From positions 15,264 through 79,263 of the forward strand of contig JAUCBJ010000166.1 of NCBI GenBank assembly GCA_032718475.1: a stretch of DNA of 64,000 nt. The letters are read 5' to 3'. Of the stretch, positions 41,313 through 62,952 are shown piece after piece. This DNA is from Nemertoderma westbladi. Taxonomy: Eukaryota; Animalia; Xenacoelomorpha. The position numbers and the translations under genes were made by a program. The notes beneath the pieces are model-generated. The model searched no databases. It saw nothing but the letters and a program-made list of their open reading frames with translations, and was not told where the DNA came from. Numbering within the stretch: the first letter of the stretch is position 1; each line of letters begins with the position of its first letter.

Positions 41313-41343
41313 TGCGTAGAAAACATTTTGTTAACTTTTACAG

Positions 41344-41438
41344 ATTCCAGTTGCGATGATGGCGACTGTATTGAAATTTGTCACATTAGAAACAAAAAAC
41401 CGCGACACAGAACAACCTTTAGCTCGTGGCAACTTCAG
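41344..41438 (+). CDS. Paired-class homeobox gene exon (acidic linker plus homeodomain residues 1-14, KPRHRTTFSSWQLQ)
   Basis: Acceptor ttttacAG, donor CAG|GTAAGT; phase 1 in, phase 0 out. Confidence 0.9.
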
Positions 41439-42178
41439 GTAAGTAATACGTCAGAGAACAATATATACGTCACAGAACAATATATACGTCACAGAACAAT
41501 ATTATACGTCAGAGAACAATATTATACGTCACAGAACAATATTATACGTCACAGAACAACCTTTACCTCGTGGCAACTTCAGGTAAGTAATACGTCACAG
41601 AACAACCTTTACCTTGTGGCAACTTCAGGTAAGTAATACGTCACAGAACAACCTTTACCTCGTGGCAACTTTAGGTAAGTAATACATCACAGAACAACCT
41701 TTACCTCGTGGCAACTTCAGGTAAGTAATACGTCACAGAACAACCTTTACCTCGTGGCAACTTCAGGTAAGTAATACGTCACAGAACAACCTTTACCTCG
41801 TGGCAACTTCAGGTAAGTAATACGTCACAGAACACTATTAGGCCTATACGTCACAGACCAATATAAACGTCACAGAATAATATTATACGACACAGAACAA
41901 TATATACGTCACAGAACAATATATACGTCACAGAACAATATATACGACACAGAACAATATATACGTCACAGAACAATATTATACGTCACAGAACAATATT
42001 ATACGTCACAGAACAATATTATACGTCGCAGAACAATATTATACGTCACAGAACAATATATACGTCACAGAACAAAATATACGTCACAGAACAATATTAT
42101 ACGTCAGAGAACAATATTATACGTCACAGAACAATATATACATCACAGTACAATATATACGTCACAGAACAATATATA
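41407..42178. repeat. 46-bp repeats of the exon-end/donor junction (6 extra copies, 41551-41826) within 19-20-bp repeats
   Basis: Unit acagaacaacctttacctcgtggcaacttcag|GTAAGTaatacgtc; flanking unit acagaacaatat(t)atacgtc. Confidence 0.9.
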
Positions 42179-43039
42179 TATAACACATCAAATTAAATTG
42201 ATCTCATAAATATCTTCAGGTAGTAATTATTATAGCCTGTTGTTACATTGCATTCGTAGCATTGGCCTTAAGACTGTATTTGTTTTTCAATATCAGTAAA
42301 TAGGTGTGGTGTGTATGAACTGCTTCAACTCGATTTCTTTACAATCAATTTTAAGGAATAAAGAGTACATTCAATTTAATTCAGTTCAATAATTTAAACC
42401 CACTACAATCAATGGTTCGGGCAACGGCTTATCACTAGATAACATGAACGTAGTAGTGAGTGAGTGCGAATACATTCTGGAATAGGAAAAGGAATAAAAA
42501 CAAACTTGAACATTTCTAAGTGAATGTTAACAAAAAACCTACGTATTAATATCTTTTTGTTCGAGCGAATATGCAATAAATATTTCAAGGTATAATCATT
42601 TAAACCCCACATAATTAATAATACCCACATAATTCAACCCCAAGGAGTTAATGAAGGTAATCGGCTTTCACTAAGAAGCAGTGCCGGCCGCTGGACCGAT
42701 TAACTTAGTGCCCCCATATCTTGTTGTCAGCCATGCAATTTCCCAGTTCATCCCTATTCTCACCAGCAGCCGGCTGCCTAAGCACAATGTTGTGTACAGG
42801 TTGATCCTACCGGCGGAAACATTGTCCAGGAGGCTTCTTCAGGCGGTGTCTCTACAGGGTGATGCTGGGTCTTAGCAGTGAGATGCCAAAGTTGTATAAC
42901 ACCTCATTGCTTATGTATAAATAATAGGCAATGTTGTCTAACCGGCACAGCATGCTGGTATTTGTACCATCCATAGGCCTGGTGTCTTCAGCAGTTAGCG
43001 CCATGGACTACCTGCTTCAGTCTACGTGCTAATCCACGT

Positions 43040-43165
43040 GAATGAGCACGTGGATGACTTCTGGTACTTGGGATCATGGATCCGAAAGTCAGAGACTTTC
43101 GGATACGTAACGGGAATACATGGGCAGCGTTAAATAGTCTGTCCGGGATTTGGAAGTCCCATAGA
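43040..43165 (+). mobile_element. Short RTE-like retrotransposon fragment
   Basis: Encodes VDDFWYLGSWI and WAALNSLSGIWKS, similar to the RTE fragment at ~5340-5460. Confidence 0.5.
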
Positions 43166-43991
43166 ATAAAGTAGACAGGAATTCTGTAGGCAGAATTCCG
43201 CTGCTATATGCGCGGCTAAATTTATCTATCCCATTTATTACTGGAGGGTTTCACGTTGCAGTACTAATGGGATCGCCACAACATAAATAACTGCGCTATA
43301 TAATTTTTTATTCAAAACCAAATATAATTGTGTAAATTGATCTTAAGATATTTATGGTAAATCGTTAAATCCATGACGACATTATTAGTAATCCATTAGA
43401 ATCTATATCCATTTATGTCTCATAATAATGTAGTCAAAGTAAATTATAGCACCAATATACTACCGGTATGCTGCATTGCAGCTGCACATTGAGACGATAT
43501 GCGGGCTTAACAATAAATTTGTGCTACAGGCGTTACTACAGTTCTACTCTCCGATGCGGCAGGGAATAGCGTCGACGGTCAAAGCTCTGTACTCTATAAA
43601 AAAAAACAAAGATCGAAGGGGCCAAATGAAATTGTCTTGTAACCCCTACCCAGCCGCTTGATTAACTATAATTATGGCTATACTGTACTGTATGTATACA
43701 TACATACGTACATATATACAGTTCGAGTTATACTGCTTAGAGGCTGATATTTTCATAACAGAAAGTATCACCTATGGGCAACATAATTGAAGAATCTCAA
43801 CTTCTGACGACTAGCCAATGGCATTATAGGATGTCTTACGTAGCACAAAGTACCATGACGTCATTAAACTTGAAGTACGAGGAATTGTCAGCCTTGTAAA
43901 CCCGTTAATAGTGAATTTCAAGGGCTGACAAAATTACATTTGATAAACATTAAACAACCACTGATCTCTTACATATTGAACCATATACAAT

Positions 43992-44546
43992 ACACGAAGT
44001 GGGGACTTCGCGCAGCACGAAGTTGGCAGAGCCTTAGCGAATTGACACTGTTAGGGGGTAGGTCAATTTATGCAAATAGTCACGTTGGCCCTCTAGCGGC
44101 AGACTGGAGAACTGCAGATGGATTCGCCTCCTTTGAAAGTCACAGCTAATGGTCTAATACATATCTGCCAAGTTTCAGCTTAAACGGATTAAAAGCAAAG
44201 AAATGGGAGGGCATTTAAAGTTTAGACATGTGGCCCTCTAGCGGGAGACCATTGCACTGATGGTGTCTGAAAGTCTCTCAAAAATCTCAACTTTTGCTCA
44301 TATTGATACCTACAAATTTTCAACTTGGCAGCTTTAAATCCGACAAAGTTATTAGCATGTCAAAATCGTAACGACGACGACGACGACGACAACGACGACG
44401 ACGACGACAACGACGACGACGACGACAACGACGACGACGACGACGACAACGACGACGACGACGACGACAACTATTTGCATAAATTGACCCACCCCCTAAC
44501 AGTGTCAATTCGCTAAGGCTCCGCCAACTTCGTGGCTCGCCTCACA
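43992..44546 (+). mobile_element. Conserved-end family element with ~63-bp internal inverted repeats and (GAC/AAC)n microsatellite
   Basis: Family termini present; 44018-44080 is the inverse of 44470-44533; microsatellite 44371-44471. Confidence 0.75.
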
Positions 44547-45269
44547 ATCGAACGAGGCTTAGACACAGTAAAAAATAACTGTTTTATTTTATATCACATA
44601 TGATACACAATGCTAACGTGGGGAAACAAAAACTGACTACTTGAACAATTTAAGGGTTGGTCCCTTATTTGGTTGATACGCTACCATCGATATGTGCCAG
44701 ATGTTCAATTTCGGTCGCGATGGTGTGGGGGTTATTTTTAATTTCTTTGAGATAGGCATTTTTTCCCTACAACAGTTTCTGCAACAGTTATCTGTAGTAT
44801 TGTAGCAAAAAAATAGCTGTGATGCAGGATTCCAGAACTTTTAAATTTTAAAACAGCAAAAATAATGTACTTGTCATCAATGGCATCTAAGCATTGTGGA
44901 GAATTCAAGTTTAACATGAAATTGTCCGCTATCATTTTATGACAGTGATTGCAAAAATGGCAAAATTGCAAAAATTGCAAATCATTTTATAGAGGTAAAA
45001 AAAGTGTAGCTTTTTTTGCCTTGAAATATTTATTACAATAATACAGGTAGATTTCTATTATTTTTCTTAAAAACCACCAAAAGCATTAAGATCTAATTTG
45101 ATGTCAAATTTGAATTGATGTAAATTGAAAGCTTTTGGAGTTATTAAGTTTTTTCAATTTTTCTCATTTGTGAATTTTTTGTCATTCAGCATGACACTCT
45201 CTGGTACATGTGCCGTTAGGTTAGGTTACAGATTAAAAGGGGGTTGAAAGGGCACAGTGGAATAATTAA

Positions 45270-53650
<8,381 letters not shown>

Positions 53651-54149
53651 TAGTATTGGGTATGTTTCATTTTTCTTAGATTTTTTTACATTTGGAAGGG
53701 AAGAATTATCTGTTTTGAAAAAAAATATATCTGGGCTCAATTATTTTTAAAATGGAAATAATTACTTATGACCATAGTTTCCTAATAATACAATTATTGC
53801 TCGGTGAAATTTCTACAAATTTGGTAAATATTATGCACATTCTATTCTATCTATTCGTATCCAGAAAGATACAGTTTTATGGAAAAAATTCCAAAATTAA
53901 TTGTTTATTTGCCAAACATACATAGCATAATAATTTATATTAATAAAATTAATATAATTGCAATATACTGCAGTATTTTGTGCACCGGTATATACTAACT
54001 ACTGGATTAACTGTACAGGCCTAACTGACACGGACCGGTTTTAGCTTATGTTTACATGCAAATACGCTAATACATTTTTAATAAAGAAGAAATCAACGCG
54101 CCACTAATGGGAATTAATTCTTCTTCCATTATTGAATTATGCGAACCCA

Positions 54150-57100
54150 CCCACGGGAAATCGAATGGAAATTGAGGAAATCGAGGAAATGGTTGGCTTA
54201 ATGACAACGCCATCGACGCGGTTCTCAGTTCTTTCACCAGTGCTCGCAATGATGTCAATGCGCTCTACCATTTCATTGACTGCTACTCAGCTAACAATGG
54301 CGGGTATGAATTGGTGAAACGATGGACGAGGAATATAAACATCTTCACGTTCACCGTGAACGGTACGTAAACCGTGAACGTAAACGGTACACACTGGGCT
54401 CTCATAGTCTTCTACCCTAAACGGGGCAACATCGCCTATCTACTGTAAATTCACTGGCAAAAACGAACATGGTAGCAGTAAATATAGTAAAAGAATGGGC
54501 TAAACTAGAAGTGGATACACTAAACATCTCGCCTCCAAATATTACTATAACCCACCCTTGGACCGCCGACAATTTAACTCACACAAGTGTGGTGTTTATC
54601 TGTCATTTTGCCAAAATGTGCATTGAGGGAGGTTCTCTGGTGGAATTAAAACGGTGAGACTGTGCAGCTTTTCATGGAGTCACTATTGGAAGAGATTTAA
54701 TCTCTAATCAGGGACTCTACGAACACCACCCCAAATCACCACAACTACACCACCTCGACAGCCGCCCACGATGCACAACACATCGATGGGATCATCACAA
54801 AGCCAAGGAACATCGAACTGTGTGTCCTGTCACAATTAACGCCAATGTTTCCCTGCGAGTTCACGGTCCTACTGCCAGTAGATGTCTGGGTTCTGGCAAC
54901 CCCAGACCAAGAGACACATCAGAAGAGTCAACTGCAGAAGTTCTGCTTGCTGAATCTAGCAGTATAGATGTTGAAACCATAGTTAAATTAATATTCACCA
55001 ACCAGGCAAAACAACTAAAATATGTCCCCAAGGCTTCGAGGGCCAACTTCGCTTACCGACTTGTCCGACATATTAATGGAAATTGTTTCAGACCCACAGT
55101 AGTCAGTGGGAAGTTGGACCAAGCTCCTCTTGATAGGTCACCGATGCTGTGGAAAGCACCATCAGCGTTCACTGGCTTCACAGGTGAACAAGAACATTTC
55201 CACCTTCCGTACTACTTCTCAATTCAGCATCACACCAACCACTAAGAAGAGCAACTACCCAACTAGACAACAGCCGAATCGGGAGAACATTCGCTTTGAC
55301 ACCGCAGTATCTGAAAATATTGAGGATGGGGACATTAAGGGGGCCATACTCATGGCCTCATCAAAGGATACAATCGCCTCCAACAACCCAGAGACACTCG
55401 AAGCCCTGAAAGTAAAACACCCACCCTGTCTTCCAGATAGACGAGCATCACCCCCTCCAGTGGAAACAGCTACAACCCCCTGTTATCTCCAAGTGGTTAA
55501 GAAGCTTATTGCCTCATTCCCAAGTGGTAGTGTAGGATGGCCAGATGGCATATGGCCCCAAATCCTTAAGGATTTGATCGCCACAACAGACAGGGAGCAA
55601 GCAAAAAGGCTTCCTACTTCACTTTGTAAGTTGGCATATGGCCCCAAATCCATAAGGATTTGATCACCACAACAAATGGGGAGCAAGCAAAAAGGCTTCT
55701 TACTTCAGTTTGTTGATATGGTGGTTGCGGGAAAAATCCCTAAAGATATCCACCCTATTTTCTTCGGCGCAAATTTGTTCGCCTTCACTAAGAGCTCAGG
55801 TGGAATCCGACCAATAGCAGTGGGAATGACCTTACGGTGTCTCTGTTCGAAGTTTACAGGCTCGATTGCGAAAGAGGAGTGATCCACATCTTACGGAACA
55901 ATCCAACTTGGAATCGGGACTAGAAACAGTGGGATAGCTGATGCCCATGCCACCCGGTCTCTTGTTGAAAGCGAGCAGGACAATAGCACTGTCCTACTGA
56001 AGGTAGATTTCAGTAATGCTTTTAATACACTCTGCAGGGACTCCTTCTTAGAGACTATCCATCAGAACCACCCAACTATATATAATTATACTAGGGCTGC
56101 ATATGGAGACTACAGTTTCATTATTCATGGGGAAACTGTACTCCACTCTGAAGAGGGACCATAGCAGGGAGATCAGAAGGTCCGACAATATTCAGGGATA
56201 CCACTAATAAACTCAATCACTCCATGATATCGAAATTTAACATATGGTACCTTGATGATGGTAATGTGGTAGATAGATCGGAAGTTATCCTGTAAGACCC
56301 CAGGACAATCAAAGAGGGGGGAAATAAGTGCGGCCTCACACTAAACATGAGGATGTATGAACTCTTCTTCCTCGGTAATCCTTCTACAGATGACTATGAC
56401 CGCAACCACAGTGAATTTGAGGCTATATGTGAGGGTATCTTAGTTCCATACCTCGCCAACCTCACCATGCTTGGTGCACCAATAAGAAGCTAAGCCTTGG
56501 AATCCTGTTTGGAATCAAAGGTGGCAGACCTAGGAGACCTTTAGCGGCCGACTGTCTCTTAAAGATAGCCACCACAACCTCTTCCTCCTTAAGAACTCCA
56601 TTGCGATCCCCCGCCTCCTCTACTTCCTCCGCTTCACTCCCTGCTTCGAGCTCCCACTAATCCTGGAGTGATACGACCAGCTCTTCCGGACCCAGGCCTA
56701 TCTCCCGTCCCAAATGGGAGGTCCAGCAGCTCGCACCATCCACCTATCTGGCTTCAGTGGCTGCTTGTAGACCTCTCTCAATCCTCATCTACAATCCGGT
56801 TCGTCCTGCTCTCCCACCATCCCTGCTCCCACCATCCCACCAGTAGACCTCCCTCCCTGCAGTGACCCGATTGCACTGAGTGCCCTGGACCTGTGTCAGT
56901 CCCAGACACCACTTAGCCAACCAATGGGAAGCCGAGTTCCTGGACAGCGCCCATCCACCAGAGGAACCTCGCCTCCCTCTGGGAATCCGCAGTTACTTCC
57001 ATCGACCTCGCCTGGCTCAACTCCCTGGAGGACCCAACTCCTAGCTGCTGGATTGATGCAATCCCAATATCATCTCTTGGGCTTAAACTACAGATGCCAA

Positions 57101-57760
57101 GCTCCGCATCTCCGTGGCAACTCGGCTGTTAATTGTGTCCGCTGCAGTAAAATGGTGAACACTGACGGCCTCTACAGACTCTTCTGCCAGAAGAGCGCCA
57201 GTCATCACACCCACCACATCATGTTGAACAACATTATGCGCCAATCATTAACCAGCTGTGGAGTCCCATTGGTGCTGGAGCTACCAGGTCTTTGCTGGAC
57301 GACGGGAAATGGGTGGACGGAGTAATCTTGGTTCCCTGGAGCGAGGCTGGACCCTGGCAAGGGATGCCACTCTGGTCGACGCACTCACTCCCAGCCACCT
57401 CCCCACGAGCCAAACTGAAGGTGGCCATGTAGCCGAGCAGCAGGAGGCCCATAAGATAGGCAAATACTGTGAGCTCATCAACCGGGGCTACCAGTTTACC
57501 CCGGTCGCCTTTCGAGACATTCGGCTGCCCTGGTCCCAAAACGGCTGAGTTTCTTGGGGAACGGGGAAGGAGGATTGCCTCCCAGAAGCAGGAACCGTGC
57601 TCCCACCATTTTCTACTGCAGCGGATCCTCATCGCGATCCTAATTGGGAACACCGCATCCATGCTGGGATCCTATATGACTATATGACATTCTGGAGGGA
57701 TAGAGTCTCTAGCATTCGAAGGACTATATGACATTCTGGAGGGGTAGAGTCTCTCTAACT
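54150..57760 (+). mobile_element. Decayed CRE-like non-LTR retrotransposon (Ulp1 protease, zinc-finger-like, RT, restriction-like endonuclease), intronic
   Basis: Broken frames: WLND, GYELVKRWT, THWALIV, QFNSHKCG (Ulp1/SENP); LRVHGP...C.GS; FGANLFAFTKSSGGIRPIAVG; LLKVDFSNAFN; WYLDDG; C..C...H...C, DATLVD, FETFG (REL end). Boundaries approximate. Confidence 0.85.
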
Positions 57761-58463
57761 GGTGCGATCTTCTTCACGCTGCATTTTTAAATACTTTTTA
57801 TCTACCAGTAACCCTATCTTTTTAATTATCATTGTTTTTACTTTCTTATGGAAGGAAGTAAGAATAATTTTAACAATTTTATCGTACTGTACTCTTCCAG
57901 GGTATCTCTCTACTGTACCTAATCTAATCTACTACCTAATCTGTACCTAATCTAATCTAATCTGTACCCTAGCAACCCCTTCTGATCAGCTGTGCGTAGT
58001 TATTTTTATTTTATCAACTTTCCAAAATTAATATATGTTTACTTACTATACATGCATAACAACGAAGGTTTTACATAGCAACCATAAAGTTGTTCATAGT
58101 ATCAGCGGGTATTCCAACCATAAAAAATTTCCTTCACTAGTGTCAAGCTTTCCCTAGCAATGGTGGGTTTTGCATAGCAACGGCAATGGCGAATTTACCA
58201 CAGCAACTGGGTGCTTTTCTTAGCAACGCAAGGGAGGCAATATTTCCTTATCAATGGCGATTTTTGCATAGCCCTCGCCTCTCCATTTCATGGAACCGTA
58301 GAAAACTGGTTTGCAATCAGAAAAACGGCCAACCATAGAAATAATGTGTTTGGGGAAGACGCTGACCAGACTGCAGAGTGCAGACTGCATGAAAACCTGC
58401 TGATACTTTACGTCTCGTTTATTAACTATCATATTAAAGTATATTTTGTATTTTATTTTGTAG

Positions 58464-58633
58464 AGCTATACAATGAAGCATTGATTAAATACTGCAAATT
58501 AACACCAGTTGTTATTGGAGAGCAAACAGCAGTTGCTGCAAGTCTCGCTAATGATGGTAAAGAACCAGTGTTGACTCTTGAACATGATAGTTCAGATTAT
58601 GGTATCACAATCGAATCGAAAAATGATGAATGA
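58464..58633 (+). CDS. Paired-class homeobox gene, probable last coding exon
   Basis: Strong acceptor ttttgtattttattttgtAG; phase 1 matches previous donor; open to TGA (LYNEALIKYCK...ESKNDE*). No recognisable motif, so supported by splice logic only. Confidence 0.65.
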
Positions 58634-59073
58634 GAAGTCACGCAATTTTTATTTGAAAAACTACGTATTCTACTGCAGCTATAACATTTTATTACATTTT
58701 AACTGATTCATATTAACAACTTATATAAGAATTAATTATTATCATAACATATTAAATATTAGTAATTAATTATATAAAATATTAATATTAAAAGTAAGAA
58801 AATATGTGGGGTCACTATGGTCACAAAATAATAAAAAGGAGAAATTTTGACACAAATAAAAAAGGAAATTAGTCTGTTATTCTAAATCATTGGGGGAATA
58901 CAATGAGGGAATAAGCAATAGCCATACAAGGCCACAAGCATGATGACAGGGAAGGGAATTCAATAGAGAACATTGAATTACACATCGGATGGTGGGTACT
59001 ATGTGAACCAATAGCGAAGCAGGACCCCCCTGTTCTGAGTTTTTAGGATCTATCACCCCTGAGTCTTTATCGC

Positions 59074-60183
59074 GGGTAAATCTTTTCGACCTACGCGTAG
59101 GCCTACGCGTAGCTACGCGTAGTTTGTAACTTCCATTCCTGTCATTTACCGGCAGGGCCAGACTTACTGCCTTTTTAACAACTACGCGTAGGTGTTTTAA
59201 AACTACGCGTAGTTATTTTGGAACTACGCGTAGGTATTTTGAAACTACGCGTAGGTGCTACGCGTAGCAGTCCTGATAACAATGATTTTTCATTTCAGGT
59301 CCGGTAGGGTTGAGTTGTTAGGCAAGTATCGGTATATGTCAGGTATCTGATTATCAGACAAATGTAATAACAGAATCGGAAACTCATATCTCTACATACA
59401 GCACTGGTAATAAATAATATTCGGCTCTTTCACATACAAACACAGAGGATGAATAAAAAATAAACTTGAAATTCACGTCTCATGATTCAAGTATCTTTGT
59501 TTCCATTGGATTATTTAAATATTGAACAGTAGTAAATAAAGCGACCAGTCTACCGGTGAAGAGGTTAAGCGAAAGCTGATAAATACTGCATATAATCAAA
59601 TTGTTTGGTCAAATGACAAGTGCAACCAATCATGGTAGACAATTTATTCTCCCCCTTCCCTTGTCAAGGGGTTAACATATTAAATACAGTATATCCTTGC
59701 CCTATCGTGAACAAAGGCAATAAAAAGCATAGAGAATCGATAAGAACCATCGGCCTATTTCCTTTGTAAACTATTTTTGAACTCTAAACATTAATTATTA
59801 ACACATTTTACCGCCCGCAACGCATGAAGTGAAGAATATGTAGTTTTCGCGTATTCCTCTATATAGAGTATACAGGTATAGGATACATTACTGTTGAAAG
59901 CATTTTATGGTTGTGGGTTGTATATTGAACATACCGTATTGTGTCTTATTTTAGTACTGACTCGCTTGGAATACGTAAGCCTACTAATGATAAACGACGT
60001 ACTGACGTATAGGCATAGTTATGGGTAGCACCTATGCGTAGGTCGCGTAGGACCTACGCGTAGCACCTACGCGTAGTTATTGTTAAAACTCTGAAACTGG
60101 TGATATATGACCCAATGTTGCGAACTACGCGTAGCTACGCGTAGCTACGCGTAGGCCTACGCGTAGATCGAAAAGATTTACCC
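59074..60183. mobile_element. Non-autonomous DNA transposon (1110 bp) with ~45-bp TIRs and 8-bp TSD
   Basis: TIR gggtaaatcttttcga(c/t)ctacgcgtaggcctacgcgtag; tttatcgc on both flanks; many subterminal CTACGCGTAG palindromes. Confidence 0.85.
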
Positions 60184-61953
60184 TTTATCGCCTCTGGTTC
60201 TTTATCGCCCCTGAGCCTTTATCGCCTCTGGTCCTTTATCACCCCTGATCCTTTATTGCCTCTGGTCCTTTATCGTGCATATACATATTCCCTCAACTTT
60301 CCCATACTTCCTCTAAGCCAAACAATTTAGTTATAGTGTACGTACAGCTATATTTATACTCAAATAGTTTCAGTTATCGGAGGCGGTGTCCAGACAATTG
60401 CGACCCAGACAATTATTGCGACCCCTCATTTTAGATAAATTTGCTCAGTCGCAAATGCCCTGAATTAGAAATAGAGATATGAAATGGCCTTAAAACCTAA
60501 ATATTACATGTATGACAAATCTATGTTAAATATATATTAAATGGCCTTTTATTGCCAATTGGCAATAATTGGTCTACATAATAATTATCTTCATTCATTT
60601 TTTAATAACTTTACTGCAAATGTGGAATTCATTTAACCCTATCTCTGTGAATTGTGCAATAATCAATTTCAATCTCTCCGGTATTGAAATGCTTAAAAAG
60701 AGGCTTCGCTTCGCGCTTCTTTCAATGTAAATTTAATTGTATAATTATAAATTATTTAAATATAATTATATACAAAATAAAAGTACTTTTTCTTTATAAG
60801 CGATTAATTTCAATCAAAAGAATTTTAATTATTTAACTCAGTTAAATAATTGAAATTAAAATTGAAATAATTGAAATTAGTTCGATTTGCCCCTGGGCAC
60901 TCCACCCCCTTGGTCCGCCCCTGTGGGACTGCACTTTTCACACAAATTATTTCACATACGTTATCAATCTCTGTATGGTATCTATGGAGCCATTATGATA
61001 GAATTTGATGAAAATGCAATGATGGATGGAGCTGGTGTTATTGGTTGATGCAGATGGTGTGACTGAAATTCCATGCCCATCTTATGAAGCAACCAATAAT
61101 GGTGAACTACTTTTAATTCTGAATGATTCTCACAACATGACACAATGGAACTGAGAGCACTCCGCAACTGAGAGCACTCCGCAACTGAGAGCACTCAGCA
61201 ACTGAGACCACTCAGCAACATCAACAAGGAAACGTTGTATGACATGAAGGTGAACAAGGTCGTGATGCTGATAATATAATAGATGCAGTGTTCGCTATAA
61301 TAAAGTCCTAGAGGGAAATTAGATATTTCATACTGTGGCTTGACAATTGTACTAGTCAAGATAAGAACTGGTACATACCTCTTGTGTGAATATAGTCAAT
61401 AGTAACAGTGGACCACATATTATCATCTTGAAATAAATGACCAAAATAGTCATACACTACACACATGTTGGCCGACTCATTCATGGTTACATCGAGCAAA
61501 ATAACGTCATATGATATTGATAACCTGAATAATCTTATTGCGACATCGCGTAAGAATGCTACGATCCTCCATCGTCCTATGCCATATATGTGGCAGCATA
61601 AAAAATCAAACGCAAAATCAATGCACTCACCCTATCTAAAAGATGTTATTGAAGTTAAGTTTCAAAAGGGTGTTCGACATAATATGGTCTTTATAACTGA
61701 GTTAGATCAACCAATGCATACATAAAAACTTCCTACAATGGAAAGTTACTGTTGAGGATTTCCCGAAATTGAAAGTAGTATCCAGTGGTCTGCAAACTGT
61801 AAAGAAAACACATAGTCGGGAAGTTGGTTCCAATCATGCCTCTTAATAGTAATTGTAAATATAAGAGAGATTAATAAGGGATCCTAAAGATACAATTCCA
61901 GCACTTGGTCACAGTATTTACATAGCACATATAGATCTTTGCAAGAGAACAAT

Positions 61954-62952
61954 ACACGTTCGTGGGGACTTCGCGCAGCACGAGAGTGCATACGTACAAA
62001 TTTTGGTTTAATTTAATCTGCAATTGCCCGACTTATTTCGGTTTTTATAAAAAGTCTGAAACCACCGGTACCGACTGACCTATTTTTGACCAATCTTCAG
62101 ATACTTTCCAAACTTTTAATGGACTGCATACGTACAAGTTTGGTTTAATTCATCATTTGATTGAACGACTTATTTCAGTTTTTATCAAAAGTCTGAAACT
62201 ACCGGTACCGAGTGTCCGACAGTCTTATTTTGATAAAAACTCAGATTATTTCTAAATTTCTAATAGACTGCATGATGTAATAAAAGTTGGTTTAATTCTA
62301 GTAATTGTTGTTGGCTTTAAAGAATTTAATATAAAAAACGTGCAAAATAAGTTTGCCAGAGATATGATTCGAACCAGCGCGAGAAGATCCCATTGGATGG
62401 CTAGTCCAACGCCTTATCCACTCAGCCAACACCGCTCGAGGTAACGAGCGGGCCAATGAAGGTATTAAAGTTTTATACTGCAATTTCGTAATCACTACTG
62501 ATAAGTACAGCAGTAGGCCTACCGTACCGGTAGGCCTATGTCATTACTTCGGAGTCTCTAGCGGATCCCCAATTAAATGTCTTAACTTTTCAATTTCGTA
62601 AAAGATAGACTTCATGATTCTCTACAAGCAACCAAAATTTCAGCTCAGGAAAATGAGGCGTTCCCGAGAAATTTAACATTTTCTAAAAACCACATAATCT
62701 GTCGTAGCTGACGTCAGACTGCATGATTTTTCACCAAACTTTACAAACTTTCTAAACTTTCTCTCTACTACTTACCTACTAAGTTTGGTTCAATTCCGAA
62801 CCAGCGATGCCGAGAAATTCGCGTTCAAACATTTACCAGACAGACGGACGGACAGACAGACAGACGGACAGACAGACAGACAGACGGACATGCCCCATTT
62901 GCCCTATATGAACCGTATGCCAAGGCTCGCCGACTACGTGTCTCGCCCCACA
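61954..62952 (+). mobile_element. Conserved-end family element with unrelated interior and (GACA/GACG)n microsatellite
   Basis: Left end acacgttcgtggggacttcgcgcagcacgag; right end cgtgtctcgccccaca; microsatellite 62838-62890. Confidence 0.7.
62354..62435 (-). pseudogene. tRNA-Ser-derived pseudogene
   Basis: Minus strand gcggtgttggctgagtggataaggcgttggactagccatccaatgggatcttctcgcgctggttcgaatc follows the animal tRNA-Ser layout (long variable arm); acceptor stem broken and anticodon loop altered. Confidence 0.7.

Noticed and set aside
37372-41319. Long 22-aa-repeat ORFs (522, 396, 376, 296 aa) resembling a Cys-rich repeat protein
   Set aside because: They follow from a 66-bp unit with no stop in one frame; 65-bp units break the frame three times and the array lies inside the homeobox gene.
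44320-44516. Poly-Asp and poly-Arg ORFs
   Set aside because: Translations of a (GAC/AAC)n microsatellite inside a mobile element.
58211-58463. 5' part of the 140-aa ORF
   Set aside because: GTG start and lies upstream of a strong splice acceptor; treated as intron read-through.
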